A stretch of DNA of 64,000 nt from a virus (lineage: Duplodnaviria; Caudoviricetes). The translations under genes and the position numbers were made by a program. Positions 46,814-55,253 of the stretch are shown here, piece after piece (position 1 is the first letter of the stretch; every line of letters starts with the position of its first letter). Under the pieces are notes generated by a model that saw nothing but the letters and a program-made list of their open reading frames with translations, did no database searches and was not told where the DNA came from. The stretch covers positions 21,391-85,390 of the IMG/VR virus record IMGVR_UViG_3300033066_000410; one strand, written 5' to 3'.

Positions 46814-46848
46814 TCATACCCACATTTATCACACTCCACGCTCTTCTC

Positions 46849-46998
46849 TTATTCCTGCTCTAACTCGGGGTCAAACTCAGGGTCAATCTCCTCATCCTCA
46901 CCATCCCCTAAGTAACCTTCCTCACGTTGGCTCTTTATTTCTTCCTGTATTTCGTCGCGCTCGATTTCCTCGGCACTCGGTCTTGTTGATGTTGCCAT
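46849..46998 (-). CDS. 49-aa highly acidic protein (not in ORF track)
   Basis: MATSTRPSAEEIERDEIQEE...; 20 of 49 residues are D/E. Confidence 0.6.
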   Translation of the reverse strand: MATSTRPSAEEIERDEIQEEIKSQREEGYLGDGEDEEIDPEFDPELEQE

Positions 46999-47137
46999 GT
47001 TTTTGTTTTTATGAATGATAGGTATTACTTCTTTCTTCCGTCTCTGGCGTTTTAAGGTAGGCGGGGAGACCCGCTCAAAAGTCTTTAGCCCCCGCCGTTC
47101 CTCAAACCGTTTAAATTACAACCTGGCTCCGCGCAAA

Positions 47138-47587
47138 TTAGGCTTTGTCGTCCTCATCTTCGCCACCCTCTTCCGAGTCGCGCTCATCATCATCTTCACC
47201 CTCGCCGCCGTCGCTATCATCGTCGTCGTTCCAACCATCGCCGGCACCCAAAATATCATCGGTGTCGCCTCCGGCAAAAGGGTTATCTTCTCCACGGGCC
47301 TCCGCATGTTTGCCAAGTGTTTCGTGAGTGCTGCTGTTCGCCAACACTGCCGCGAAGCGTTGTGCGCCTTCGGTCTTTTTACCGGCTAACCAATCTGCGT
47401 GGTCTTGCTTAATCTGCGTTTCCTCCGAGGTAACCGCATCGTCACCCATGATTTCGCGCAGAGATTCGCCCTGTGTCATTAATAATTGAACCAAAGCTGC
47501 CCCTGCTTTGATTTGAGCCGGTGTTCTTGTCACCGGTGCTGCTCCGCCTTTTTTCTTAGCGGTAGCTGTTGCTTTTTTAGTTGCCAT
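47138..47587 (-). CDS. protein with basic N-tail and very acidic C-tail (likely start MATKK)
   Basis: MATKKATATAKKKGG...DDDDSDGGEGEDDDERDSEEGGEDEDDKA. Confidence 0.7.
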   Translation of the reverse strand: MATKKATATAKKKGGAAPVTRTPAQIKAGAALVQLLMTQGESLREIMGDDAVTSEETQIKQDHADWLAGKKTEGAQRFAAVLANSSTHETLGKHAEARGEDNPFAGGDTDDILGAGDGWNDDDDSDGGEGEDDDERDSEEGGEDEDDKA

Positions 47588-47722
47588 TGTTGGAACTGTT
47601 TTAATGTGAATAATAAAAAAGTCTTCCTGAGTTTCGGGAGAGGGTGCAGAACTAGGCCAACCCACTTAGCCGTCGTCCCGCTCTCCCTCGCCTTACTTCT
47701 CTTTATATAAGGTTATATAACG

Positions 47723-48094
47723 CTATTTAGCGTCACCGTCTTCTTTGTCTTTTTCTAGTTTATCTGCCACCTTGACCTTGAACACAGAAGTAAGCATAAG
47801 CAAAGGGTCAATCTTACACCCCGCCGCAAAAAGAACATCAGCCGGTGCGTCTACTTTACAAAGAGACCCCATCACCATCTTCAATGCCTGCTCCTTAGTT
47901 ATCTCAAACTTCTCGGCTACGTGTTGGCTAATTTTCAGTAGCGCGTCTACATACACAGGAACTTGTAATTCCTTCGGTAGCTCTCTAAAGCTCTCTACAA
48001 GCGGTTTTAGTATGTTTTGAAACTGCGTGAAGAACGCCTCCTTCTTTTTTTCTTCCTCGGTATACTCTCTTACCGGTTCGTTTTCGTTTTCCAT
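47723..48094 (-). CDS. hypothetical protein
   Basis: ORF downstream of a promoter. Confidence 0.6.
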   Translation of the reverse strand: MENENEPVREYTEEEKKKEAFFTQFQNILKPLVESFRELPKELQVPVYVDALLKISQHVAEKFEITKEQALKMVMGSLCKVDAPADVLFAAGCKIDPLLMLTSVFKVKVADKLEKDKEDGDAK

Positions 48095-48117
48095 TTCCTT
48101 TTCGTTTATATCTGATT

Positions 48118-48125
48118 CAAATATA
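48118..48125 (-). promoter_or_regulatory. promoter -7 element TATATTTG
   Basis: exact match; TTG 19 nt upstream. Confidence 0.65.
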
Positions 48126-48512
48126 GTAAGTGTTTCCGTAAAATCAAGAACTAAAGTTATATTCTCTTATATAAGCCAATATAACGCAATATAAGCCTAT
48201 CGCTGATAATATAATGCCCTGAAAATCAGCACTATACGCAAAATTTGCGAGGCAAAATGCCCATCAAACCCGGTATTTATATGGTGTTGCGATATAATTC
48301 ATTCTGTTCAAAACAAGCAGTAAAGCCCCCATTATAGTAGTCTTGTAGTCTGTCTGTATCATATATAGGGAGTTCATCTCCTACTCGGTTCCTTTCCGCG
48401 CGTTTTTTGAAAATTTTGGGGTTTGCCCTGTTGGGTGTTCCTTATGTAATAGTTAGTAAGTAAGTGCCACAGCCTCTCCTTCTCCGCCGCGCTTGGTCGG
48501 GAGTGTCTCGTT

Positions 48513-48845
48513 TTACTCTTCTGTGCCATTAGTAGTAGGTGTAGTCTTTACTTCTTCCGCGCCTTGGTTGCGCCAGTCCTCTACTGTAAAGGAGAACACC
48601 CTCTTGGATAGGTCTTCTTTGTCCGTGGTTATAGCGGCCCACTTTATCATCTTTCTACACTCCGCGTTGAACTTGTTGGCTTTCAGTCTTTTAAGTCTCT
48701 TTAGTTCATGCTCATCAAACCACAAGCTAGTCCTCCCTGTCCGCTTCTTATCATACACCATGAATAGCCCACTTCCTGCGCCGGTTCCTGTGTATATGGC
48801 GAACTTCTTGGTTCCCCTCCTGTATTTTCTTGCGCGTTTTTCCAT
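48513..48845 (-). CDS. basic hypothetical protein
   Basis: 110-aa Arg/Lys-rich ORF. Confidence 0.55.
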   Translation of the reverse strand: MEKRARKYRRGTKKFAIYTGTGAGSGLFMVYDKKRTGRTSLWFDEHELKRLKRLKANKFNAECRKMIKWAAITTDKEDLSKRVFSFTVEDWRNQGAEEVKTTPTTNGTEE

Positions 48846-48952
48846 CTGTGAAAATCTCTGAAAACACGGCAGTTTAAAAAACCGTGTAGACTGTAAGTAT
48901 GTTAATACTTGCTCTGTGTGTTATATAATGTAATATAATGAGTTTTAACCTT

Positions 48953-49255
48953 TTATGTTAATTTTGGGGATAAAAACTTTCTAACCTGCTTTTGGTGGTA
49001 GCGTAAATAGCTTTTCATACTTGTTTGGAGCCTATTGAACCTCTTTTTTGAAAGATATTTCATTCTTAGATGCTTACCATAAAACAAAAAAGCTCCACAA
49101 TACCCGCAAATTGCTATATCACCTACCTTTGGTTTGGCTGCGTCATTCTCTATAGAAGTGGCAGCATCATTAGACTTTCCGCAACAAGGGCAATCATTCC
49201 TTCTTCTATTTACCCTACCTTGATACCTAGTGGCTCTTTCTTCCGGTTTTTCCAT
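48953..49255 (-). CDS. Zn-ribbon protein
   Basis: CPCCG ... CGYCG. Confidence 0.6.
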   Translation of the reverse strand: MEKPEERATRYQGRVNRRRNDCPCCGKSNDAATSIENDAAKPKVGDIAICGYCGAFLFYGKHLRMKYLSKKRFNRLQTSMKSYLRYHQKQVRKFLSPKLT

Positions 49256-49442
49256 CTGTTTTCTGTTTTAGCTCTTCCACGCAAGTAGCGCAGATTCTTA
49301 AAATAAATCGGGTATCTCCATCTACTTGGTAGACGAAGTGGCTCGTTCTGTTACAAATCATGCAGCCCCCTGCATGTAGGGTAGCCAATTCCGATACGCT
49401 CAATACTGTTTTACTATTCTCCATCCCAATCCAATATTCCAA
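49227..49442 (-). CDS. Zn-ribbon protein
   Basis: CMIC ... CATC. Confidence 0.55.
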   Translation of the reverse strand: MEYWIGMENSKTVLSVSELATLHAGGCMICNRTSHFVYQVDGDTRFILRICATCVEELKQKTDGKTGRKSH

Positions 49443-49866
49443 GTTTCTTGTCCTCTTCCCACTGCTCCTCCGGTGACATTTGATAGTAGTTTAAACTTCT
49501 TCCTTTCGCCTTTTCTTTGTCGTTTATCTTACGCCGGCTATTATACGCTTCTGTAGCCTTCCTTTGCGATATGGTGGTAGAAGAGTTTGACCAACCTCCG
49601 CCCACATAGTCCCAAAATGGAGCGGTTTGGCTCTTTTCCGGTAGTTTGTAGAATGCTACGCAAGCAGAGTTTGGAACAGATAAGTAGCCCCAAGGTCGCC
49701 CATCTTCTGAAAGTATTAGAGGAACATACCATCCTCTGTGGTCGTCGTCTAAGCACTCGTTGCACCTGCTGTCCTCGGGCCTGTAGAAGTTTCCATAAGG
49801 TCTGTAGAGCCTAACGTCTGAAACCCCGCACTTGCCGCAGCTAACTTTATTTTTCTCCACTTCCAC
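49414..49866 (-). CDS. Zn-finger hypothetical protein
   Basis: CGKCG...RLYR.Y...CNEC. Confidence 0.6.
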   Translation of the reverse strand: MEVEKNKVSCGKCGVSDVRLYRPYGNFYRPEDSRCNECLDDDHRGWYVPLILSEDGRPWGYLSVPNSACVAFYKLPEKSQTAPFWDYVGGGWSNSSTTISQRKATEAYNSRRKINDKEKAKGRSLNYYQMSPEEQWEEDKKLGILDWDGE

Positions 49867-50050
49867 CGAATTTACTTTTACCTGTTTTTGGAATATCCCA
49901 CATCTTATTGTCTAGCACCATTTGCCCCTGCTGTATCATGCTTTTCTCATCGCGCAGCCGGCAGGCGATACGGTCTCTATATTGGTCGGGGGTCTCATCT
50001 CCTTTACGGAAGTCCCACCCATAAATACCGGCAAAGTAATTAGCAACATT

Positions 50051-50272
50051 TTAGCCCTTATCCTCGTATCGGGACTTTATAAGACTCTCAATAGCCATGA
50101 TAGTATCAGGGTCAATCGTTTTGTTTACTCCTCTCGGTATTCGGAAAACCAGCAACTCTTGGTCTTTCTCGTCTGCCTCTTTAGCGGACGCTAACCAAGT
50201 GTCGAACCACTTTTGTCCTCTATCCTCCATATTTTCGGCAATAACGGAGCCTGCCCAATATTTTACTATCAT
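50051..50272 (-). CDS. hypothetical protein
   Basis: tiling minus-strand ORF. Confidence 0.55.
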   Translation of the reverse strand: MIVKYWAGSVIAENMEDRGQKWFDTWLASAKEADEKDQELLVFRIPRGVNKTIDPDTIMAIESLIKSRYEDKG

Positions 50273-50715
50273 TTTTGGTCGTAGTTAGTTTTAGATTCTT
50301 TACCGTTCTCGTTTCCGTTGCGCTGCTGTATTTTGTCTTTCACAACTATGTAAGGAACGCCACCTGGTAGGTCTTCCCAAATAGTGCGGTCACTTATTGT
50401 AAAATCTATGTAGTTAACAGCCATGCCTAGGGCGACCAAAACTTCCATAGTTACACGGAGGTCGGCCCATTGGTTTCCTGCATTATCGTTGCACATATTT
50501 AGAAAAGACCACCCTCCGCCTTTGCTCTCCATAAAATTGTCGGGAAGCTCGTTGCACATATCCATTATATCTCGGGTGTGCTTTTCCAACCGGTCGGGGT
50601 TAAATCCAAAGTTGTTCTGTATGCAGTTAACTATCTTGGCATTGTCGGTATTCTCTCCCTCTTTAAAAAGACAGTCCTTAAACACTGCCATTACATTTTC
50701 TGCGGATAGTTTCAT
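50269..50715 (-). CDS. conserved phage hypothetical protein
   Basis: FKDCLF, GGGWSFLN.C.D..GNQW motifs. Confidence 0.65.
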   Translation of the reverse strand: MKLSAENVMAVFKDCLFKEGENTDNAKIVNCIQNNFGFNPDRLEKHTRDIMDMCNELPDNFMESKGGGWSFLNMCNDNAGNQWADLRVTMEVLVALGMAVNYIDFTISDRTIWEDLPGGVPYIVVKDKIQQRNGNENGKESKTNYDQK

Positions 50716-50717
50716 TT

Positions 50718-51113
50718 CTAATTTGTTTTTAGTTCTACAATATTTACCGCCTTTCTCCCTCCCAAGCCTTTACAGTCTTCAAGGAAAACATGGCAGTTCT
50801 CGAGCGCGTTCTCAAATCCAAACTCGCTCATAATTAGTTTTACGGATTGAACGCTAGGCATGTCTTTAACGTCCCCGTCTACAGAAATGCTTAGGTGCCT
50901 AACTGGGCCTATAGGTTGCTCTTCTATAGAGAAAACAACCCGATACCCCATCTGTATTTCTAGCACATTCTCTTTGTTATCGCCGGCCTTTGTTCCTGTT
51001 CCGTTCATAACATCAAGTATATCATCCATCGTTACGCGGTGCGAATCTGCATACTCGATAACTTTCTTAATCTGTGCCTGAACCTCTTGGTCTATTAATA
51101 GCAGTCTTAGCAT
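50718..51113 (-). CDS. hypothetical protein
   Basis: GYRVVFSIEEQP.G..RHLSISV motif. Confidence 0.6.
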   Translation of the reverse strand: MLRLLLIDQEVQAQIKKVIEYADSHRVTMDDILDVMNGTGTKAGDNKENVLEIQMGYRVVFSIEEQPIGPVRHLSISVDGDVKDMPSVQSVKLIMSEFGFENALENCHVFLEDCKGLGGRKAVNIVELKTN

Positions 51114-51125
51114 TGCCTTATTTTT

Positions 51126-51145
51126 TATATTTAAGTCAAATATAG
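51126..51145 (-). promoter_or_regulatory. conserved early promoter CTATATTTGACTTAAATATA
   Basis: identical to 37561 and 54859 copies. Confidence 0.75.
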
Positions 51146-51174
51146 TAAATGTTTTGATACCTGTATGTATAAAA

Positions 51175-51573
51175 TTATTGAGTGTGCCTTTGAATGAATG
51201 CCATTCTTTTTTCCATCAAGTCACCGGCTTGAAAGTGCTTTGGTTCTACAGCATTACCTGCCATGCTAACTAGTTTTGCAAAGTTAGTTGGGTCATTGTA
51301 GTAAGGCTTTACGTCTTGTCTAGGGAATTGATTAGTGTCAAACCCATTTCTTAATGCGCCCTTAACAAGCGCATATAAAACACCCAAGAATGTTAGGTCT
51401 GCTCCGGCACAGTAATCTATGTTGCACCAATTAGCATCTATCTTACCAACTCTTACACGGTAGCCATACATTACCGGATATACGTATATCTCTAAGCCGT
51501 CTTCACTCACCTCTCTGTAGAACCCATTGTCGTTCTCTTTTGCCGGTGTGAATGTTCTTTTCCACTCTTCCAT
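51175..51573 (-). CDS. hypothetical protein
   Basis: tiling minus-strand ORF. Confidence 0.6.
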   Translation of the reverse strand: MEEWKRTFTPAKENDNGFYREVSEDGLEIYVYPVMYGYRVRVGKIDANWCNIDYCAGADLTFLGVLYALVKGALRNGFDTNQFPRQDVKPYYNDPTNFAKLVSMAGNAVEPKHFQAGDLMEKRMAFIQRHTQ

Positions 51574-51577
51574 CTCT

Positions 51578-51946
51578 TTATTTTCCTTTGTTGAATATTT
51601 TTTGTAACACTCCTGCGAAACCTGTTCCGTAGTTGTTTATCTGCTCTTCTACGTCTCTCGTTATGTCTTCTATGTCTATCGGAAGTCCTAGGCTCCAACC
51701 CGCGCTAACGATGTTCTGTGCGTCAAAGTATGCTGAGGATGATAAGCTGCCTTGGTTAACAACGCAGTAGCATCGGGTGGGGTCTCTTTTATCTATCAGC
51801 ACAATAACTGTCCACCATTTATCTTTATGCGCTAAGTGGTATAGATAGCCGTGAACCGTGTAATTAGAAACCGGCTTTTCAACTTCTTCTACCGGCATGT
51901 AAGGCTTTCCGAAAACTCTTATGGACTTATCTATTGTTATTTTCAT
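51578..51946 (-). CDS. hypothetical protein
   Basis: tiling minus-strand ORF. Confidence 0.6.
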   Translation of the reverse strand: MKITIDKSIRVFGKPYMPVEEVEKPVSNYTVHGYLYHLAHKDKWWTVIVLIDKRDPTRCYCVVNQGSLSSSAYFDAQNIVSAGWSLGLPIDIEDITRDVEEQINNYGTGFAGVLQKIFNKGK

Positions 51947-51951
51947 TTGTT

Positions 51952-52077
51952 TTATGGTGTTCGTGAAAAGTAAATTTTAGCTACAATAAGTGCAATGAGA
52001 ATTACATAACTAACCCCAACAAAAATTAGCAGCATGTGAAAAGCGAACTTTATTTGTTTAGCTGTTTTACCCCTCAT
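51952..52077 (-). CDS. 41-aa single-TM protein (not in ORF track)
   Basis: MRGKTAKQIK...LLIFVGVSYVILIALIVAK. Confidence 0.5.
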   Translation of the reverse strand: MRGKTAKQIKFAFHMLLIFVGVSYVILIALIVAKIYFSRTP

Positions 52078-52279
52078 AAGGTTCGTCTCTTATACTGTCC
52101 CACTTAGTTAGAAAGTCTAAAATATTTCTGTGGTCTATCTCTTGGTTATCTGACAATCTAGTGACCTGGATTTTATCCCCGCCAAGAGGTGTAACAGCAA
52201 TGTGGTATTCCATGTTTCTTCTAAACCCAAACTCTCCATCGTGCCCCTTGAAGACTGCTTTAACGTATCGTGGTGTCAT
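52067..52279 (-). CDS. hypothetical protein
   Basis: 70-aa tiling ORF. Confidence 0.55.
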   Translation of the reverse strand: MTPRYVKAVFKGHDGEFGFRRNMEYHIAVTPLGGDKIQVTRLSDNQEIDHRNILDFLTKWDSIRDEPYEG

Positions 52280-52438
52280 TGTTTTTATCTTTTTTAAGCA
52301 GTTCTATCTGCCTACGGTTAATCTCATCTCTTACTTTTGCCGCGAACTCGTAACGCTCATTATCTATAGCGAATGAGTGAAGTCTCCCAAGTTCATCATT
52401 ATCTACTTTATCTAGCTTAATATCATTTAAGCCCCCAC

Positions 52439-52825
52439 CTAAATCTCAGACTCCCCATCAATGTCCATTTTATAAACGTTAAACAACTTGAATTTGATGT
52501 AGTCATTAAGTTTAACATCTATGTCCTCGGGGAAGGCGGGTGTGTTTATTATCTTACCATAGATATACTCGCTGTCTTTTGCTAATGCAGCTACCCACAG
52601 CCTCTCTGCTTGGCAGTTCTTTGCTCCCGCCTTAGTGAATACGCAAACCTGCATAAACAGCTTTGTTTGCTCCGGTATTTCCTCTGTGCGTTCAAAGGTA
52701 GAAAGGTATTTATCCCTAGCTTCTACCATCTCAGATAAATCAGGAGAACTAAATGTTTGAGGGTAACGCCTTTGCATCTTCTGCGCATTCTCCATCTTAG
52801 GTTCTTTAAATACTATTTGCTCCAT
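52439..52825 (-). CDS. DUF2314-like protein (putative)
   Basis: ERLWV...GKIINTP....V.L.D.I.F pattern. Confidence 0.5.
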   Translation of the reverse strand: MEQIVFKEPKMENAQKMQRRYPQTFSSPDLSEMVEARDKYLSTFERTEEIPEQTKLFMQVCVFTKAGAKNCQAERLWVAALAKDSEYIYGKIINTPAFPEDIDVKLNDYIKFKLFNVYKMDIDGESEI

Positions 52826-53112
52826 TATACTTTGTAAGTTTTAAACTGCTGCTCAAATTTATACTCGCCCCACTTATTTATTAAGGCTACAACGTCCTTT
52901 CTTAGTTGTTCTCCTTTTCCATTTGCGCAGTCTTCTAAGGTAGCATCAACTGTTACCCTAGCAGAAGAAAAGTTATAGGTGAGAAAAACGCTGTAAAAAG
53001 TAGGTATTGCCCCTCTTGACCACTGCTCTTGTATGTTTGAAACAGCGATTAAGTTGTGCAGGTCTACTGCCATACCATTAGAGAAAACAAATATTGAATT
53101 AAACTTTTCCAT
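52825..53112 (-). CDS. hypothetical protein
   Basis: tiling minus-strand ORF. Confidence 0.55.
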   Translation of the reverse strand: MEKFNSIFVFSNGMAVDLHNLIAVSNIQEQWSRGAIPTFYSVFLTYNFSSARVTVDATLEDCANGKGEQLRKDVVALINKWGEYKFEQQFKTYKV

Positions 53113-53680
53113 CTTCTATTTTTAAAAGTTCTGTGGGAATCCACCCACAATCGCCATCGTCAATAGTATTTATAACCTCCATAGTCCACGGCTTGTTGTA
53201 GATAGTGTTGAATCCATCTTCAACCCTGCGGGTGTTAAGAGCTACTGTTTTAATATCTCCTATCTTAACCTTCGTGTCGTCAAACTCCACAAGCCCATCA
53301 TCTGTTTTAAGTTTAATAACCGTGGCTTTTGCACGAACAACTTTAGAAAATCTGCTAAGATGAATAAGTGTAGAAGGAACTAAAGAGGTATACCCTAGCT
53401 TAATAACATCAGTAATAGTTTCTGCCTCCTTAACCCACTTTTTATGACCTTTAATAGCGTCGTCTTCTGTGTCATACCTTTCCACCGGATGAGTTCCTGC
53501 GCGGTCTATAATAGCCGTCTCAGGCCCACGGTCATTAGTTATGACTGTAGACACAATCACCCCATTAACCTCATCTCTTGCTATGGACACAGGCTTTTGT
53601 GCAAACGCCTTTTGTGATAGCTTACGAAACTCTTCAAGACCCTTTAAGAAGTCTAGTGGGTTTTTTTCCGGTTCTTCCAT
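53099..53680 (-). CDS. hypothetical protein (two-domain)
   Basis: 193 aa; ERY.T...A..GH motif and C-terminal GWIPTELL. Confidence 0.6.
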   Translation of the reverse strand: MEEPEKNPLDFLKGLEEFRKLSQKAFAQKPVSIARDEVNGVIVSTVITNDRGPETAIIDRAGTHPVERYDTEDDAIKGHKKWVKEAETITDVIKLGYTSLVPSTLIHLSRFSKVVRAKATVIKLKTDDGLVEFDDTKVKIGDIKTVALNTRRVEDGFNTIYNKPWTMEVINTIDDGDCGWIPTELLKIEDGKV

Positions 53681-53682
53681 TT

Positions 53683-53973
53683 TTACTTATCTCTGTTTTG
53701 TTGGTCGGCAAGATAGCCGCTTACCTCTGCTGCCTTTGGGTATATAAGCCACCTTTTAGGGCGACCATCAGGCCGTTTAAAAACATCTAGCTCACCTTGG
53801 TCAAAAGCGTAGCCTGCTGCATCGAAAATTCCGTTTTCAACAACACAAACTATTCCTTCCTGCCATTTGCTAGGCTCTGCAATTTCTTTCGCTCCGTCCA
53901 CTATCAACTGGTCTGCCTTTCTGTGTCCCTGTAAAGGTCTGCCACTAGAATCTTTGTTTACGTAATATCCCAT
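53683..53973 (-). CDS. conserved phage hypothetical protein
   Basis: [14 protein letters not shown]...PDGRPKRWL. Confidence 0.6.
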   Translation of the reverse strand: MGYYVNKDSSGRPLQGHRKADQLIVDGAKEIAEPSKWQEGIVCVVENGIFDAAGYAFDQGELDVFKRPDGRPKRWLIYPKAAEVSGYLADQQNRDK

Positions 53974-53979
53974 ATTTAT

Positions 53980-54213
53980 TTAATACTTTTTTCTTAAAAC
54001 TCTATATGTTGTTATGCCCATGCAATTTAACCCAAACAAACACCATATAGCTGTGCCTATTTTCCAATTAAAAGAAAACTGAGGGTAAGCAAAAGAATAC
54101 AACATTCCTCCTAGGCATAAAGCGTATGAGCATATCCAAATCCACCCAAGAGAATTTTTTATGTGCTTTGCTGTTTCTACCGTCTCTTTGCTGTTTAGAT
54201 TGTTTAGCGGCAT
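53980..54213 (-). CDS. membrane protein
   Basis: two TM helices. Confidence 0.55.
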   Translation of the reverse strand: MPLNNLNSKETVETAKHIKNSLGWIWICSYALCLGGMLYSFAYPQFSFNWKIGTAIWCLFGLNCMGITTYRVLRKKY

Positions 54214-54216
54214 ATT

Positions 54217-54639
54217 CTACATCTTTTGTTTGTCTACGTTAGTCCAATTTATAACACCGGTAGGAGATATTATATTATTATTAATTAAGTCGTTAACGTT
54301 CCTACCATACCAACCTTGAAGGCTTCTCCAAAGCCCTGTTTTTATTATGTAAGCCCAAGCATACATAGTTTCGTCAAAAGTGGCATCTTCGCCTTCGCAA
54401 AACCCTTCTGCGTAAGCAGTAGCTAGATAAGGTGTCCATAGTATCTTACACCCTCTCCGCTCATTAGGGTCTTTCCCCTGAGAGCAGAGCGCACAGCAAG
54501 AATCTATAGTTGGTGTCTCATTCTCACAATGCTTACAATAGGAGTATGGTAGCTTGTTTTTATCTGCGAGGTCGAATACCGCTTGCTGCCCACCCTTCTC
54601 GTATGCCTTTTCGTAGTCCTTTATTGTTTGCTTTTTCAC
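54217..54639 (-). CDS. hypothetical protein
   Basis: CKHC/CALC pairs; AW.YII.TG...SLQGWYGR motif. Confidence 0.6.
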   Translation of the reverse strand: MKKQTIKDYEKAYEKGGQQAVFDLADKNKLPYSYCKHCENETPTIDSCCALCSQGKDPNERRGCKILWTPYLATAYAEGFCEGEDATFDETMYAWAYIIKTGLWRSLQGWYGRNVNDLINNNIISPTGVINWTNVDKQKM

Positions 54640-54641
54640 AA

Positions 54642-54851
54642 CTATAAATTTTCAACTGTTGCTCTCATTACTGCAAGTAAATACTTAGCAATATCAATAT
54701 CATCTTCTCCGGTTAGGAAAACTCTATTAACACCAGTATTGGTGTATTTTGCATTTTCCGTATCGTTGATTTGCTCGTCAAAGAACTTTAGCCACTCAGC
54801 TTTATTCTCTTTGGTAATCGGTTTAACTAGTCTTCCGGTCTTTCCTGCCAT
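54642..54851 (-). CDS. hypothetical protein
   Basis: first gene after a promoter. Confidence 0.55.
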   Translation of the reverse strand: MAGKTGRLVKPITKENKAEWLKFFDEQINDTENAKYTNTGVNRVFLTGEDDIDIAKYLLAVMRATVENL

Positions 54852-54858
54852 CTTGTTT

Positions 54859-54878
54859 TATATTTAAGTCAAATATAG
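54859..54878 (-). promoter_or_regulatory. conserved early promoter CTATATTTGACTTAAATATA
   Basis: identical to 37561 and 51126 copies. Confidence 0.75.
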
Positions 54879-54905
54879 AGATTTTATCTGAACTATAAAA
54901 GAGAA

Positions 54906-55253
54906 TTATTTATCAGTAAAGCCTTTTATAAAGTAATACCCTATTTCAGACTTCCACACATAGTGCCCGAACAGAAAGATTAAGTTCTCTTTGTTAGTTG
55001 CCTTTCCATACATATACTTAACGTCTCTGACTAGCTGCCAGTAATTTATTCTTACCGCTCTTGTCATACTGGTATCTGTATAGAAGCAGTATTTACTTCC
55101 TTCTCTACCATGAGGTCTTCCATTAGATAGCCAGTCTATGAATAGGTTAACAATCTCTTCGTCAGTCTTTTTTGGTAAGGGCATAAAAAGGTAGTTTTTC
55201 AGTGCCAAATAAATTTTTATACTCTCTTCTTCTTTTAAGCATTTTCTTGGCAT
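54906..55253 (-). CDS. hypothetical protein
   Basis: probable true start is MPLPKK at 55184. Confidence 0.5.
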   Translation of the reverse strand: MPRKCLKEEESIKIYLALKNYLFMPLPKKTDEEIVNLFIDWLSNGRPHGREGSKYCFYTDTSMTRAVRINYWQLVRDVKYMYGKATNKENLIFLFGHYVWKSEIGYYFIKGFTDK

